Of a stretch of DNA of 64,000 bases, positions 20,902 to 31,875 are shown piece by piece. A program made the translations under genes and the position numbers. Numbering within the stretch: position 1 is the first letter of the stretch; every line of letters begins with the position of its first letter. Source of the stretch: an uncultured Poribacteria bacterium (lineage in GTDB: Bacteria > Poribacteria > WGA-4E > WGA-3G); assembly GCA_951813565.1 (NCBI GenBank), contig OX638351.1, positions 5,184,001 through 5,248,000 on the forward strand. Reading direction: 5' to 3'. The notes beneath the pieces were generated by a model. The model was not told the DNA's origin and did no database searches. It was given only the letters and a program-made list of their open reading frames with translations.

Positions 20902-22980
20902 TTATTCAGACTCAATAACCTCATATTTTAGAATTGTTCCACCTTGTCCTGCCACTAAACCACTGTGAGAGCTGCTCATGTGGATTGACGTTAAATCTGT
21001 TCGCGTGTCAGTTCGCTGCGGTCTCCAGTTTTTACCACTATCCTTCGTATGCAGCACAAGCCCATCTTTTCCTACGATCCAACCTTCGTCCTTAGAGATA
21101 AAAAACACGTCATAAAGGAAATTTTGAGTATGGGTCTCTTGACGAGACCAACTTTTTCCACCATCATCGGTATGAAATACCGTTCCGTTTTCACCAACTA
21201 CCCATCCTATTTGGGGAGAAACAAAATAAACAGCGTTTAACCAGATATTCTTGTTTATATCCATTTTTGAGAGTTGACGACTTAGTGTTGAAAGTTGCCA
21301 CCGATTACCGCCATCAACCGTATATAATAGTGTTCCAAAAAGTCCAACAACCCACCCTTCTTTTTTTGATGTAAAGTGAATATCAAACAGGTTATAGGGA
21401 ACACCGCTTTGTTGTCGAGACCATGTTTTGCCACCATCGGAGGTATGGACAATTTCACCTGCGCTTCCCACGCACCAGCCAGTTTCTTCATCTATAAAGA
21501 AAACAGCGAGCAGGTCCTGTTTCGTATTTGAGGTTTGTTGCTGCCAAACGGCACCACCGTTTGTTGTGTGCAGAATAACACCTGTCTCCGCGACCGCCCA
21601 CCCTTTTTGAGGTGACACAAAATGTGTAGCACCGAAGCATTCTGCAGTACGGCTATCCTGCGCTTGCCACTTTGTTCCGCCATCGTCGGTTTGTAGGATC
21701 GCGCCTCGGTCACCGACAACAAACCCCTTGTCCTTCCCGACTATACAAACATCAAAGAGCAAGTGAGTTGGACTTGATTGTGCCTCCCACGTTACGCCGC
21801 CGTTACGCGTATGTAGAATCGTGCCGTTTTCACCAACCGCCCAACCAAGTTTTTTAGATACGAAGTCAACGCCTAATAAGAGACCGTCAGCACTGTTATG
21901 AAAACGTGGACCGCCGCGCTGATGTTTCCATACGCTACTACCATCTTTCTTGATTCCAGTCGTAGTATGCAGGATAACACCCAAGTCTCCTACAATCCAG
22001 CCATGCTTATTGTCTGCGAAGTCAACATCATAAAGAGTAAACGTATGTAAAGGTTCTTTGCCGAGATAATCAGGTTGTCCGTATTCTTCTTTGTGGCGTT
22101 GGTTGCTTCCGTCAGTGATGAATTTCCACGTTTTACCGCTTTCAGTTGTAACATAAAGGCTGCGCTTATCCCCAACCGCCCAACCTGTTAACTTGTCAAC
22201 GAAATGTAGACTAAACAGTGCGGATTTTGTAGCGAATTGTTCTTCCCATGTCTTTCCACCATCCGTGGTGTGATAAATGTACCCTGAGTTTTCACTGTCA
22301 TTAGGTGTGCTGTAGGTAATGATCCAGCCATAAGTATTGTCAACAAAATGAATATCTTTTAATGACTTTTCTCCGAAGGCACTTCCATCAACTTTTTGAA
22401 ATGTCTTTCCGCCATCTGTTGTTTTGAGTAGGGTCCCCCAATCACCAACTATCCACCCTGTGACTTTACCCAAATATAGACTGTGCAGATTATATTCTGT
22501 GTCTGTTTCAATCCGTTGCCAGGTCTTTCCACCATCGGAAGTGTGTATGACAATGCCTGCTTCCCCTACACACCACCCTTCAGATGCGTTGCGAAAATAC
22601 ACCTTTTTCAAAGGTTTTCCAAAAATTCCGCTGTTTTGCCTATTCCAACTCTCACCGCCATCTGCTGTATACAGGATAATGCTCTCTGCACCTTCAGTGT
22701 AAGATCGGTCTGTTTCATCAACCTCAGCAACAGTATGAGCAGAGATCATTCCCACCGAATTCCCAACTGTCCATCCCTGCGTTTCAGAAATAAAGTGAAC
22801 ATCGTATAGATGTGCACTCCAATCTCCTTTCAATACGGTTTTCCACACACCTATCGTATTTTTTGGTGTGTTCGAACAACCCAGAAAAGACAAAATTGTT
22901 ATAAGATGAAAGAGAAACAGATACGGAAGTGCTCGATTTCCGTAACTATTTACTATTTCCAAAAAGGACTTCACTAACAT
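20902..22980 (-). CDS. YCF48/BNR-repeat beta-propeller protein, probable lipoprotein; start uncertain
   Basis: Many GW.VG..G.ILHT.DGG.TW repeats; FLGC lipobox. Confidence 0.85.
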   Translation of the reverse strand: MLVKSFLEIVNSYGNRALPYLFLFHLITILSFLGCSNTPKNTIGVWKTVLKGDWSAHLYDVHFISETQGWTVGNSVGMISAHTVAEVDETDRSYTEGAESIILYTADGGESWNRQNSGIFGKPLKKVYFRNASEGWCVGEAGIVIHTSDGGKTWQRIETDTEYNLHSLYLGKVTGWIVGDWGTLLKTTDGGKTFQKVDGSAFGEKSLKDIHFVDNTYGWIITYSTPNDSENSGYIYHTTDGGKTWEEQFATKSALFSLHFVDKLTGWAVGDKRSLYVTTESGKTWKFITDGSNQRHKEEYGQPDYLGKEPLHTFTLYDVDFADNKHGWIVGDLGVILHTTTGIKKDGSSVWKHQRGGPRFHNSADGLLLGVDFVSKKLGWAVGENGTILHTRNGGVTWEAQSSPTHLLFDVCIVGKDKGFVVGDRGAILQTDDGGTKWQAQDSRTAECFGATHFVSPQKGWAVAETGVILHTTNGGAVWQQQTSNTKQDLLAVFFIDEETGWCVGSAGEIVHTSDGGKTWSRQQSGVPYNLFDIHFTSKKEGWVVGLFGTLLYTVDGGNRWQLSTLSRQLSKMDINKNIWLNAVYFVSPQIGWVVGENGTVFHTDDGGKSWSRQETHTQNFLYDVFFISKDEGWIVGKDGLVLHTKDSGKNWRPQRTDTRTDLTSIHMSSSHSGLVAGQGGTILKYEVIESE

Positions 22981-23755
22981 CGTGTAATCCTCGGGAAGCA
23001 TTCACCACCCATCTTGCCGCTCGAATAGCACCTTTAGCAAATGCTTCAGGGCTATGTGCGCGGTGCACAACACTTAACGTTTCACCTTCAGTCGCAAACA
23101 TGACAGTGTGATCACCAGCAATGTCACCACCGCGAATTGCGTGAACGCCGATCTGCTTTTTAGGGCGAGGACCGATAATACCGTGCCGACCATAGACACC
23201 TACTTCATCCAAATCGCGTCCAACGGCATCGGCAACCGTTTCTGCTAATCGGAGTGCAGTGCCGCTCGGTGAATCTGCTTTATGGTTATGATGCGCTTCT
23301 ATTATTTCTATATCATAGTCATCGCCGAGTGCTTTTGCAATTAATTCCAGTGCTTGGATCATGACGTTAACACCAAGACTCATGTTCGGTGCCATCACAC
23401 AGCGGATCTTTGAGGCAAGTTCTCGGACTTCAGCTAACTCTTCAGTGCTAAATCCAGTCGTAGCAATTATCATAGCTTTATCTGCATCTACAACTTGCTG
23501 CAAATGCTGTAATGTGGCGTCCGGTTTTGAGAATTCGATGACAACATCCGCGCTTGCAATAACATCGTTGAGTTCACTGGTGATTAAAACACCCAATTCA
23601 CCTATACCTGCAACGACACCGACATCGTTCCCCATTTCAGGGTGGGAGGGAAACTCAATCGCCCCTACAAGTTCCATATCATCTTGTTGTGCAACGCCTT
23701 GGGTAATCAGTCTTCCCATACGTCCACATGCGCCATTCACTACTACATTGATCAT
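22946..23755 (-). CDS. dapB: 4-hydroxy-tetrahydrodipicolinate reductase
   Basis: GACGRMG, EAHHNHKADSPSGTA. Confidence 0.96.
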   Translation of the reverse strand: MINVVVNGACGRMGRLITQGVAQQDDMELVGAIEFPSHPEMGNDVGVVAGIGELGVLITSELNDVIASADVVIEFSKPDATLQHLQQVVDADKAMIIATTGFSTEELAEVRELASKIRCVMAPNMSLGVNVMIQALELIAKALGDDYDIEIIEAHHNHKADSPSGTALRLAETVADAVGRDLDEVGVYGRHGIIGPRPKKQIGVHAIRGGDIAGDHTVMFATEGETLSVVHRAHSPEAFAKGAIRAARWVVNASRGLHDVSEVLFGNSK

Positions 23756-23843
23756 TGTTTTTCCTTTTGCCGCTGTTGCTGTTTACTTTTGATAACGAAG
23801 GATTTGGATACCTTTCGGTATTGAAGTATGTGTTTTTATTAAG

Positions 23844-23999
23844 TAACCTAAGTTGCTACGGACAAGATTTCAAGCTTGCAGACATTGCTTTTTACTGAAA
23901 AACAAGGATTTCCAGCTAATTCTTATGCTTTCTTTTCTAAATCGGGGTTAGAAACCCCTCCTACAAGAGCATTCGCGATATAGGTAGCAACTTGGGTTA
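23844..23999. mobile_element. MITE family B copy 1 (156 bp)
   Basis: TIR TAACC.AAGTTGCTAC; similar copies at 39620-39775 and 62407-62597. Confidence 0.75.
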
Positions 24000-24063
24000 A
24001 GTATATCATATTCAAGGAAAATTCACACAAAATTCTATTTCTAAAGTGAGTCTGACCTATACG

Positions 24064-24975
24064 CTACAACAAACTTGATAGTTGCAACTGTTCACCTGCA
24101 TGGTAGGAACTTCGCACTAATGGACCCGACTCCACATGCCGAAAGCCCATCTCAATACCAGCCTCTTTGAGTTCATCAAATTCGTCTGGTGTATAGTAAC
24201 GTTGAATCGGTAGATGGCGTGGAGAAGGTGAGAGATATTGCCCAATAGTAAGAATATCACAACCCGTCCTTTGAATGTCTTGCATCGTTTCTAAAAGTTC
24301 AATTACTGTCTCTCCTAACCCCACCATTAGACCAGATTTTGTTAGCATTTCTGGATTCAGTTTTTTGCCGATTTTGAGAAGTGTGAGCGTTTGTTGGTAA
24401 TTTGCGTACGGACGCGCGCGGCGGTATAGACGTTGAACTGTTTCTGTATTGTGATTGAGCACCTCCGGACCCGCTTGCACGATTACTTTAAGCGCATCCC
24501 AATTGCCTTCAAGATCGGGAATAAGAACCTCTATAGTACAACCCGGGCGGTGCTTTCGTGCTGCTGTAATACAATCTGCAAATATACCCGCACCACCATC
24601 AGCTAAATCGTCCCGGTTAACGGAGGTAATGACAACGTGGTTTAGCTTCAAGTGTGCAACTGCTTCACCCAACCTTCGCGGTTCATCTGTATCTACGACA
24701 TTAGGATTGCCTTTCTTCACTGCACAGAACATGCACCTGCGTGTACAGATATCCCCTAATATCATAAAGGTAGCCGTGCGACTGTTCCAGCATTCCCCGA
24801 TATTAGGACACCGTGCTTCTTCGCAGACAGTGTGAAGATCAAGATCACGCATTAATTTTTTAAGTTCTGTGTAGTTCCCTCCGCCGGGAATACGTGCCTT
24901 AATCCATGATGGATGCCTACGTTGAAGGGGATCAGGGGAAAGTATCGGAAGGGTTTTAAACATACTATTTTCCAT
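24064..24975 (-). CDS. lipA: Lipoyl synthase
   Basis: CEEARCPNIGEC, CTRRCMFC, RSSY; start trimmed so it does not overlap the tRNA. Confidence 0.96.
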   Translation of the reverse strand: MENSMFKTLPILSPDPLQRRHPSWIKARIPGGGNYTELKKLMRDLDLHTVCEEARCPNIGECWNSRTATFMILGDICTRRCMFCAVKKGNPNVVDTDEPRRLGEAVAHLKLNHVVITSVNRDDLADGGAGIFADCITAARKHRPGCTIEVLIPDLEGNWDALKVIVQAGPEVLNHNTETVQRLYRRARPYANYQQTLTLLKIGKKLNPEMLTKSGLMVGLGETVIELLETMQDIQRTGCDILTIGQYLSPSPRHLPIQRYYTPDEFDELKEAGIEMGFRHVESGPLVRSSYHAGEQLQLSSLL

Positions 24976-25003
24976 AATCAGGGAGGCAAAATACTGTATA
25001 AAA

Positions 25004-25097
25004 TGGCGGGAGAGGGTGGGAGTCGAACCCACCTATCCACTTGCATGGACAAGCCGGTTTTGAAGACCGGTAGGGCCACCGGACCCTATCCTCCCCC
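25004..25097 (-). tRNA. selC: tRNA-Sec (anticodon UCA)
   Basis: 94 nt; 8-bp acceptor GGGGGAGG/CCTCTCCC, 6-bp D stem, loop CTTCAAA, long variable arm, GTTCGA, encoded GCCA; next to selB. Confidence 0.95.
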
Positions 25098-25202
25098 ATA
25101 AGTTAGAAGCATGTTTGATAGTTATGGTAAGCTAAAGAACAATATATTTTTATTTGGGTTGACAACGTTGGTAGTCGCCAAATGTCATACGCGCATTCAG
25201 CA

Positions 25203-27137
25203 CTAATTTTGTCTTGATGACAATCTGCGGACGTTACCATCTCGAATTGTGACATTTTGCGTGTCACAGTACTCCAAGAACGGCACTGCATATTTACGTG
25301 AAGTTTGCGCCAATTCCCGAAACTCCCCAACCGTTATTGTCCCATTTTCTCGGAGATAATTGGTTAATAATTCTTTTATTTCTTCAAACACCTCTCTGTG
25401 GATAAAGAAATTATCGGCTGCTTTGATAAATTGCCCAAGGTTTAATAAAGCGAAAAACGTTGATTCAATCACTTGGGGGGTATACTCTGGAAATAGCGTT
25501 TTCAGTTCATTAAGTCCAGGAGAATTGATTCCCACATCCAAAAATAATTTTTCAAGTGTTTCTTTAGCAGTTGACTCTTCTGCAGAGAATTGAATTTCAT
25601 GTGAAGCTAACCGTATTAGATTTCCATCCTTAACTAATTGCTTCGTTTTAATCAGTTCATTCGTAAGTTTTTCAAAACCTATCTCATCAAGTTCAAGTTC
25701 ACGGCTTAATTGCGATGCATTCTGCCCAGCGAGAAGCGGTTCTTTTTTGTGAAATTCTGACAACACTGTTAAAAGTTTCTCTGTAAATTCTGCAGTACGC
25801 GCAGCATCTGAAACAAGAGGCGTTTTACCCGATGTATCCCATCTTACAATTTTTTTTTCGGATGCCAAGGTTTCTAAAATGTTTCCGACTTCTGCTTGTG
25901 AATACGGCATATAATAATAGAGAAATGATTCGGCAACACATAGTGAAGGACTATTTTCTAAAACGGCATTTACAACTTGTGTGTCGTCCGCTTCTTCCCA
26001 CTGTGCTAAGGTTGTAATAGTTTCTTGTGTAAACCGCTTGTGCTTTGGTGCAAATGGGTTGATTACTTCACCACCACCAACAGTATGTTGTGCGGAAAAA
26101 TCTCGCAAAATGATGCGATCACCTCTAAATGTTAAAATCGGCTGCTCTAAGCGGAGTTGGACTTGGACTCTGTCCCCAGGTAGAATTGCTTCGTCAACTA
26201 ATAAAATCAATCGACAAAATATCTCACGCGTCCCAAGGTACGCACGAAAACGTCCCCAATGTTCAAGCATCCTTGGAAATGAGGATAAAACCTGCAACGA
26301 CACATCAATATTATCAGTAACACGTGAGAAGTTAATCGGACATAACACATCGCCACGTTGAATATCATGGACAGTAGTACCGGATAGGTTAAGCGCAGTT
26401 CTTTGTCCAGCTTGCGCAACATCAGCATGTTCGTTATGCACCTGTATACCTCGCACCCGTACCACATCATCTTGTGGTAGGATAACCATCCGCTGATCCC
26501 GATTTACTGAACCACCTATGAGCGTTCCTGTAACTACTACGCCAAAACCTTGAACAGTAAAAACACGGTCAACATACAACCGCGGAATGCCATCATGTTC
26601 TTGTGCTTTCGTTGCCAGATCAACCTGTTCAACGATCATCTGCTTTAAGGTGTCAATCCCTTCACCGGTTATAGATGAAACACTAACGGAAGGAATTCCC
26701 TCAAGCGATGTGCCAACTAACATTTCCTGTGTCATTTCTGTTGCTTCAGTTAGTTCTTCACGGGTTGCCAAATCTGACTTCGTCATCACAAGTATGCCAT
26801 TTGAGATTCCAAGCAGATCTAAAATTGCTAAGTGTTCAAGCGTCTGTTCCTGAACACCTTCCTTGGCATCAACAACAAAAAGCACAATATCCATCCCATA
26901 AGCACCGGACAGCATGTTCCGGATGAATTTCTCATGTCCAGGCACATCAACAATCCCTGCGCGTGAATTATCGGGAAGGTCAAAATAAGCAAAACCTAAC
27001 TCAATAGATAAGCCGCGCTCCCGTTCTTCTTTGAGTCGGTCTGTCTCAATGCCTGTGAGTGTGCCAACCAGGGCGGTTTTTCCGTGGTCCACATGCCCTG
27101 CTGTCCCGATGATAAGGTGTCGTCTATCTTGATGCAT
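25203..27137 (-). CDS. selB: Selenocysteine-specific elongation factor
   Basis: GTAGHVDHGKT, DVPGHEKF, C-terminal winged helix SRKYAVPFLEY.D. Confidence 0.96.
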   Translation of the reverse strand: MHQDRRHLIIGTAGHVDHGKTALVGTLTGIETDRLKEERERGLSIELGFAYFDLPDNSRAGIVDVPGHEKFIRNMLSGAYGMDIVLFVVDAKEGVQEQTLEHLAILDLLGISNGILVMTKSDLATREELTEATEMTQEMLVGTSLEGIPSVSVSSITGEGIDTLKQMIVEQVDLATKAQEHDGIPRLYVDRVFTVQGFGVVVTGTLIGGSVNRDQRMVILPQDDVVRVRGIQVHNEHADVAQAGQRTALNLSGTTVHDIQRGDVLCPINFSRVTDNIDVSLQVLSSFPRMLEHWGRFRAYLGTREIFCRLILLVDEAILPGDRVQVQLRLEQPILTFRGDRIILRDFSAQHTVGGGEVINPFAPKHKRFTQETITTLAQWEEADDTQVVNAVLENSPSLCVAESFLYYYMPYSQAEVGNILETLASEKKIVRWDTSGKTPLVSDAARTAEFTEKLLTVLSEFHKKEPLLAGQNASQLSRELELDEIGFEKLTNELIKTKQLVKDGNLIRLASHEIQFSAEESTAKETLEKLFLDVGINSPGLNELKTLFPEYTPQVIESTFFALLNLGQFIKAADNFFIHREVFEEIKELLTNYLRENGTITVGEFRELAQTSRKYAVPFLEYCDTQNVTIRDGNVRRLSSRQN

Positions 27138-27916
27138 CAGTTGAGTCCATGTTGTGAGTGGATTAGTTTTCCGATTCGATTGAACCGTATATTACCAATA
27201 AGTTTCCACACCTCCCATATCTTCGCGGGGCGATCCTTAAAGGACCAGTATACCATGAAGGCTTGTCCCTTAATATCATCAACATCAACAGGTCCCCACG
27301 TGCGGCTGTCACTACTCTGATCACGGTTATCTCCCATCGCAAAAACCTTGCCTTTTGGAACAGTAAACGGTTTGCCATCAGGAAATTCCCGTTTAAATTG
27401 GTTGTCTGTCAGGATAAAATCATCGTAAATTTCATTATCTTCCATGTATTTCTCTGGCTGGCGGAAAGGAGGGAAGTCACCACGTCTAATAAAACGACCC
27501 CCTACGTGCTTAGTGTAACTGCTTTCTTCAACAGCTTTACCGTTAACATATAGCGTTTTGCCCTCTGTGTGAACCGTATCGCCTTCAGCGGCTACAATAC
27601 GCTTAATGAAATTCCGATCAGTTTCGTGTGGTGGAATAAAAACAAAAACGTCTCCTCGGGCAGGCTTATGAAAATCGAAGACTCTCATATCTGTTCCAGG
27701 AATTTTAAACCCGTAAATAAACTTGCATACCAGAATCCGGTCTCCAATAAGAAGTGTATCTTCCATTGAACCGGATGGGATTTTAAATGCTTCCACAACA
27801 AAGGGACGTATAAACCCAAAAACAAGAATAAGTGCAACTACAATAACTTGGGTATATTCCCAGACGACCGTTTTCCGAAATTTCTGCCATTTTGATAATT
27901 GGATATCAGTACTCAT
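27137..27916 (-). CDS. lepB: Signal peptidase I (copy 1)
   Basis: IPSGSME, FIKRI, MGDNRD.S.DSR. Confidence 0.95.
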   Translation of the reverse strand: MSTDIQLSKWQKFRKTVVWEYTQVIVVALILVFGFIRPFVVEAFKIPSGSMEDTLLIGDRILVCKFIYGFKIPGTDMRVFDFHKPARGDVFVFIPPHETDRNFIKRIVAAEGDTVHTEGKTLYVNGKAVEESSYTKHVGGRFIRRGDFPPFRQPEKYMEDNEIYDDFILTDNQFKREFPDGKPFTVPKGKVFAMGDNRDQSSDSRTWGPVDVDDIKGQAFMVYWSFKDRPAKIWEVWKLIGNIRFNRIGKLIHSQHGLN

Positions 27917-28039
27917 GATGTTTGAACCGCCGTAATAAGACGGTATCCCTTTCTTACTTTTACGACTTGTGTTAGTTAACTATTTGTTTGTATTCTTTTC
28001 ACACATATTGAACTCATGTTATACACATATCGTCCCTAC

Positions 28040-28192
28040 CAAATCAACGCCAAATGCGCCAAATCAAGAAATCAACGGTATGAATCATGGCGAATCATGT
28101 AGAATACCAAAAGCGTATTCTACCAAGCGCATTCGTCTTTAGTCATTCACCGGGTATGAATGCCTTTTGGCATTCCCCGTATGGCATTTGTC
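28040..28192 (+). repeat. Nested CAAATCA micro-insertion stack
   Basis: 34-nt unit in CCCTAC^GGGAC split by a 119-nt composite; an unsplit sister unit lies at 28244-28277. Confidence 0.8.
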
Positions 28193-28397
28193 GGGACTAA
28201 AGATAGGGTGTTCAACGTTTTTCTATAAACATATCGTCCCTACCAAATCAACGTCAAATGCGCTTATGGCATTTGTCGGGACTGAAGAAGGAATCAACTA
28301 ATGATAAAAACTAACAAAACGTCATGCAATTGTGAGACAATATTTTACAAATAGTTATTTAGCACAACTCGTTACTTTTAGATGATTTTTCATTTTT

Positions 28398-29153
28398 TTA
28401 ACGGATGAGTTTGCCTATGCGATTCAAACGGATATTACCTACTATTTTCCATATCTCCCACATTTTTGCAGGTCGGTTGCGAGTTGACCACATAACCATA
28501 AAAGCTTGTCCTTTAATATCGTCTACATCCACAGGTCCCCATGTGCGGCTATCACTACTTTGGTCACGGTTGTCTCCCATAGCAAAGACCATGTTCTTTG
28601 GAATAGTAAACGGTTTACCTTCTGGAAATTTATGTCTGAACTGACTTTCTGTCAAGGTGAAATCGCTGTATGTTTCATCTTGAGAAAGATATTCAGAACT
28701 ACGGAACGGTGGAAAATCCTTCCGAAAATGACTATAAGGTAAGTGTTTCGTATAACTTTGTTCGTCAACCCGCTGACCATTAACATACAGTCTCTCGCCT
28801 TCAGTAAAGACTCTATCTCCTGCAACGGCAACAATACGTTTGATGAAATGGAGATTTCTCTCATGTGGTGGGATGAAAACAAAAACATCTCCACGGGCAG
28901 GTTCATGAAAATCAAAAACCTTGATATCTGTGCCTGGAATTTTAAACCCATACATAAACTTACAAACTAAAATCCGATCGCCTACGAGTAGTGTATCTTC
29001 CATAGAGCCAGATGGAATTAGATAGGCATCTACTATAAATGGACGAAAGAATCCAAAAACAAAAATAAGCGTAAATATAATGCCTTTTAATTGTTGAAAT
29101 CTGGACAATCTGGACTTGGTTGGCTGATTATGATTTTGTGTATTGCGATCCAT
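28398..29153 (-). CDS. lepB: Signal peptidase I (copy 2)
   Basis: Same catalytic boxes; close paralog of the adjacent copy. Confidence 0.93.
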   Translation of the reverse strand: MDRNTQNHNQPTKSRLSRFQQLKGIIFTLIFVFGFFRPFIVDAYLIPSGSMEDTLLVGDRILVCKFMYGFKIPGTDIKVFDFHEPARGDVFVFIPPHERNLHFIKRIVAVAGDRVFTEGERLYVNGQRVDEQSYTKHLPYSHFRKDFPPFRSSEYLSQDETYSDFTLTESQFRHKFPEGKPFTIPKNMVFAMGDNRDQSSDSRTWGPVDVDDIKGQAFMVMWSTRNRPAKMWEIWKIVGNIRLNRIGKLIR

Positions 29154-29221
29154 AATTGACATCCTTTGGAAAATCGTCCTACTTTAGGGTTATAGTAGTG
29201 TCAATTTCTATGAAATTTGTA

Positions 29222-31027
29222 TTATTCATCAGTTGCCAACATTGCTGTAAACGCTTCTTGCGGAACATCAACACTGCCAATCTGTTTGAGTCGTTTTTTG
29301 CCTTCTTTCTGCCTTTCCAACAATTTCCGTTTTCTGGTAATATCGCCACCGTAACATTTTGCAGTAACGTTTTTCCGAAGTGCTCTGACACTTTCACGGG
29401 CAACAATTTTGTTTCCTATCGCTGCCTGCACAGGAATTTCAAACATCTGCCGAGGAATTAACTCTCTCAATTTACTAACTAAACTTTTTCCACGCGTCTC
29501 CGCCATTTCGCGAGGCAAAATAGTTGAGAGCGCATCTACCGACTTCCCATTGAGTAAAACATCTAACTTTACAAGATCCTCTGTTTTGTATTCACCTATA
29601 TCGTATTCGAGTGAGGCATATCCGCGAGTAAGCGATTTGAGTTTTGGGAAAAAGTCCATCAACATCTCACTTAGCGGCAGTTCATAAAGTAGCTGCACCC
29701 GTGCAGCATCAAGTTGATTCATCCGTTTATATATACCCCGCCGCTTCTGACAAAGTTCCATCGCATTTCCGATATACTCTCGTGGAACAATTATATCTAT
29801 ATTGACATACGGTTCCTCAATTCGTTCGATATTCTGTATTTCAGGAAGATGGGCAGGATTGTCCACTAACACATGGTCACTCGATTTTAGAAATACCTTA
29901 TACATGACACTGGGTGCTGTCCGAACAAGTGAGAGTTCGAATTCACGCTCAAGTCGTTCATGGATAATTTCCATGTGAAGTAAACCTAAAAATCCACACC
30001 GAAATCCAAAACCGAGGGCGACAGAGGTTTCCGGTTCATAAGTGAAAGAAGCATCGTTGAGGCGAAGTTTATCAAGAGCCTCGCGTAGTGCATGAAATTG
30101 ATTGGTGTCTGCTGGATAAAGCCCACTAAATACAAGCGGTTTTATCTCTTGATATCCGGGAAGTGGTTGTGCGGTAGGCTGTAGATGATGTGTAATTGTA
30201 TCCCCAATTTTTGCGTGGTCTATTTCTCGAATCCCAGCAATGATATACCCAACTGCGCCCGTTTGGAGTTCAGTTGTTGGTTGCATCTGGGGCGTAAAAA
30301 TGCCGACTTCTTCTATCTCATAGGAACGTTTCGTCTGCATCAGTTGAATTTTCTCTCCCGGTGCCACACTCCCATCAAAAATGCGGGTATACATAATCAC
30401 ACCGCGATAGTTATTATAGACTGAATCAAGCACAAGTGCTTTTAGGGGAGCATTAGATTCGCCGGCAGGTGGTGGAATTCGTTTGACAACCGCCTCTAAT
30501 ATCGCTGGAATTCCGATACCGGCTTTAGCACTTACGAGGAGCGCATCATCGGCAGGGATGCCGACTACCTCTTCAATCTGTCGTTTGACTTCATCAGGTT
30601 GTGCAGCTGGCAGGTCAATTTTATTGATAACGGGGACAATCTCAAGTTCATTTTCAATTGCAAGGTATGCGTTTGCTAAGGTTTGTGCTTCAACACCTTG
30701 TGCTGCATCAACAATTAAAATTACCCCTTCGCATGCTGCGAGGCTTCGAGATACCTCATAAGTAAAATCAACATGTCCAGGAGTATCAATCAAATTGAGT
30801 TCATAGAGGTTTTCATCTTCAGCACGATATTTCAGTTTTACTGCAGTAGCCTTGATCGTGATCCCACGTTCCCGTTCCAAGTCCATTAAATCAAGCACCT
30901 GTTCCCGCATCTCTCTTTCAGCAAGCGTGTTCGTCCGCTCTAAGAGTCGGTCACTCAGTGTGCTTTTTCCGTGGTCAATATGTCCTAAAATACAGAAGTT
31001 GCGTATGTTTTGAAGTTCGGTTGACAT
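29222..31027 (-). CDS. lepA: Elongation factor 4
   Basis: [39 protein letters not shown]. Confidence 0.97.
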   Translation of the reverse strand: MSTELQNIRNFCILGHIDHGKSTLSDRLLERTNTLAEREMREQVLDLMDLERERGITIKATAVKLKYRAEDENLYELNLIDTPGHVDFTYEVSRSLAACEGVILIVDAAQGVEAQTLANAYLAIENELEIVPVINKIDLPAAQPDEVKRQIEEVVGIPADDALLVSAKAGIGIPAILEAVVKRIPPPAGESNAPLKALVLDSVYNNYRGVIMYTRIFDGSVAPGEKIQLMQTKRSYEIEEVGIFTPQMQPTTELQTGAVGYIIAGIREIDHAKIGDTITHHLQPTAQPLPGYQEIKPLVFSGLYPADTNQFHALREALDKLRLNDASFTYEPETSVALGFGFRCGFLGLLHMEIIHERLEREFELSLVRTAPSVMYKVFLKSSDHVLVDNPAHLPEIQNIERIEEPYVNIDIIVPREYIGNAMELCQKRRGIYKRMNQLDAARVQLLYELPLSEMLMDFFPKLKSLTRGYASLEYDIGEYKTEDLVKLDVLLNGKSVDALSTILPREMAETRGKSLVSKLRELIPRQMFEIPVQAAIGNKIVARESVRALRKNVTAKCYGGDITRKRKLLERQKEGKKRLKQIGSVDVPQEAFTAMLATDE

Positions 31028-31035
31028 GATATAAT

Positions 31036-31065
31036 AGTATACCACAATTTAGGTCAATTTATCAA
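31036..31065 (-). promoter_or_regulatory. Extended -10 sigma70 promoter of lepA, near-leaderless
   Basis: TTGATA-18bp-TATACT with TGn; ATG 8 nt downstream. Confidence 0.55.
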
Positions 31066-31133
31066 AAAATTGTGTATGTGCATCTTGTAGCAACACATTG
31101 CTTGTTGCGTCCCTGTCAATTCTATCTCAAAAC

Positions 31134-31163
31134 AAAGAGGCACAACATGTTGCGCCTCTTTTC
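31134..31163. terminator. Intrinsic terminator-like hairpin
   Basis: AAAGAGGCACAACATGTTGCGCCTCTTTT downstream of the DUF1080 gene. Confidence 0.55.
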
Positions 31164-31238
31164 TAATTCGGTATTCAATTATCTGAACAAGGATTCCCAG
31201 GATTAGTTGGATTTCGCATGCTCAGGCCAACGGACGAA

Positions 31239-31841
31239 CTACAAAGGCTTAACCTTGATATTCCGGAACCAAAGTTTCCCGCCATGGTCTTGAAGACCGA
31301 TATGTCCTTTCCGCGGAAAATCCTTGAGGGCAATACCAAATTTGTTCCTGCTGCCATCAGGATTCTGGTGCGGTGTATCCCACAAATCCAGATCGGCACG
31401 GACAATCTCTTCGCCGTTCATTTCCACTGCAACGATGCTACCGTCGCAAGTGATTATCATCTCATTCCACTCACCTGCCGGTTTACACACGTTCCGAGTC
31501 GGTTCAAGTGCATCATAGAGTGCACCACAACAGTGTTTCGTAGCGGGTTCTCTACCGTGCGTGTCTAAAATCTGGATTTCAAGTCCTGTTTGCACGGGGC
31601 GTTGCAGGTCTTCCCAACGAATAAAAACACCACTATTCACTGTCGGCTCACTCATATACTCTAACGACAAAACAAAGTTGTCAAATTGTTCTTCTGAATA
31701 GAGCATCTGACCACCTTTGACAGTGCAGAGAATAGCACCATCATCAACAACCCAACCTTCTTCTTTACCAGTGGCACCCCATCCGTTTAGTGTTTCACCA
31801 TCAAAGAGGGATTTCCAGCCATTATTTTGATTTGCTGCCAT
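31239..31841 (-). CDS. DUF1080 (3-keto-disaccharide hydrolase family) protein
   Basis: W.SLFDG..L.GW, NSGVF, EIQILD, GEWN, GHIGLQDHG...FRNIK. Confidence 0.9.
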   Translation of the reverse strand: MAANQNNGWKSLFDGETLNGWGATGKEEGWVVDDGAILCTVKGGQMLYSEEQFDNFVLSLEYMSEPTVNSGVFIRWEDLQRPVQTGLEIQILDTHGREPATKHCCGALYDALEPTRNVCKPAGEWNEMIITCDGSIVAVEMNGEEIVRADLDLWDTPHQNPDGSRNKFGIALKDFPRKGHIGLQDHGGKLWFRNIKVKPL

Positions 31842-31875
31842 ATTTATATTTTCCTTTCTCAAAGTGTAATACGAT

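Noticed and set aside
24976..25032. N-terminal extension of lipA in the ORF track
   Set aside because: It overlaps tRNA-Sec; the real start is downstream.
25004..27137. Nearby selenoprotein with an in-frame UGA
   Set aside because: No ORF in the window showed a convincing UGA-interrupted coding continuation.
28020..28290. CRISPR array suggested by 34-36 nt repeated units
   Set aside because: The units are dispersed and nested rather than regularly spaced with unique spacers, and there are no cas genes in the window.
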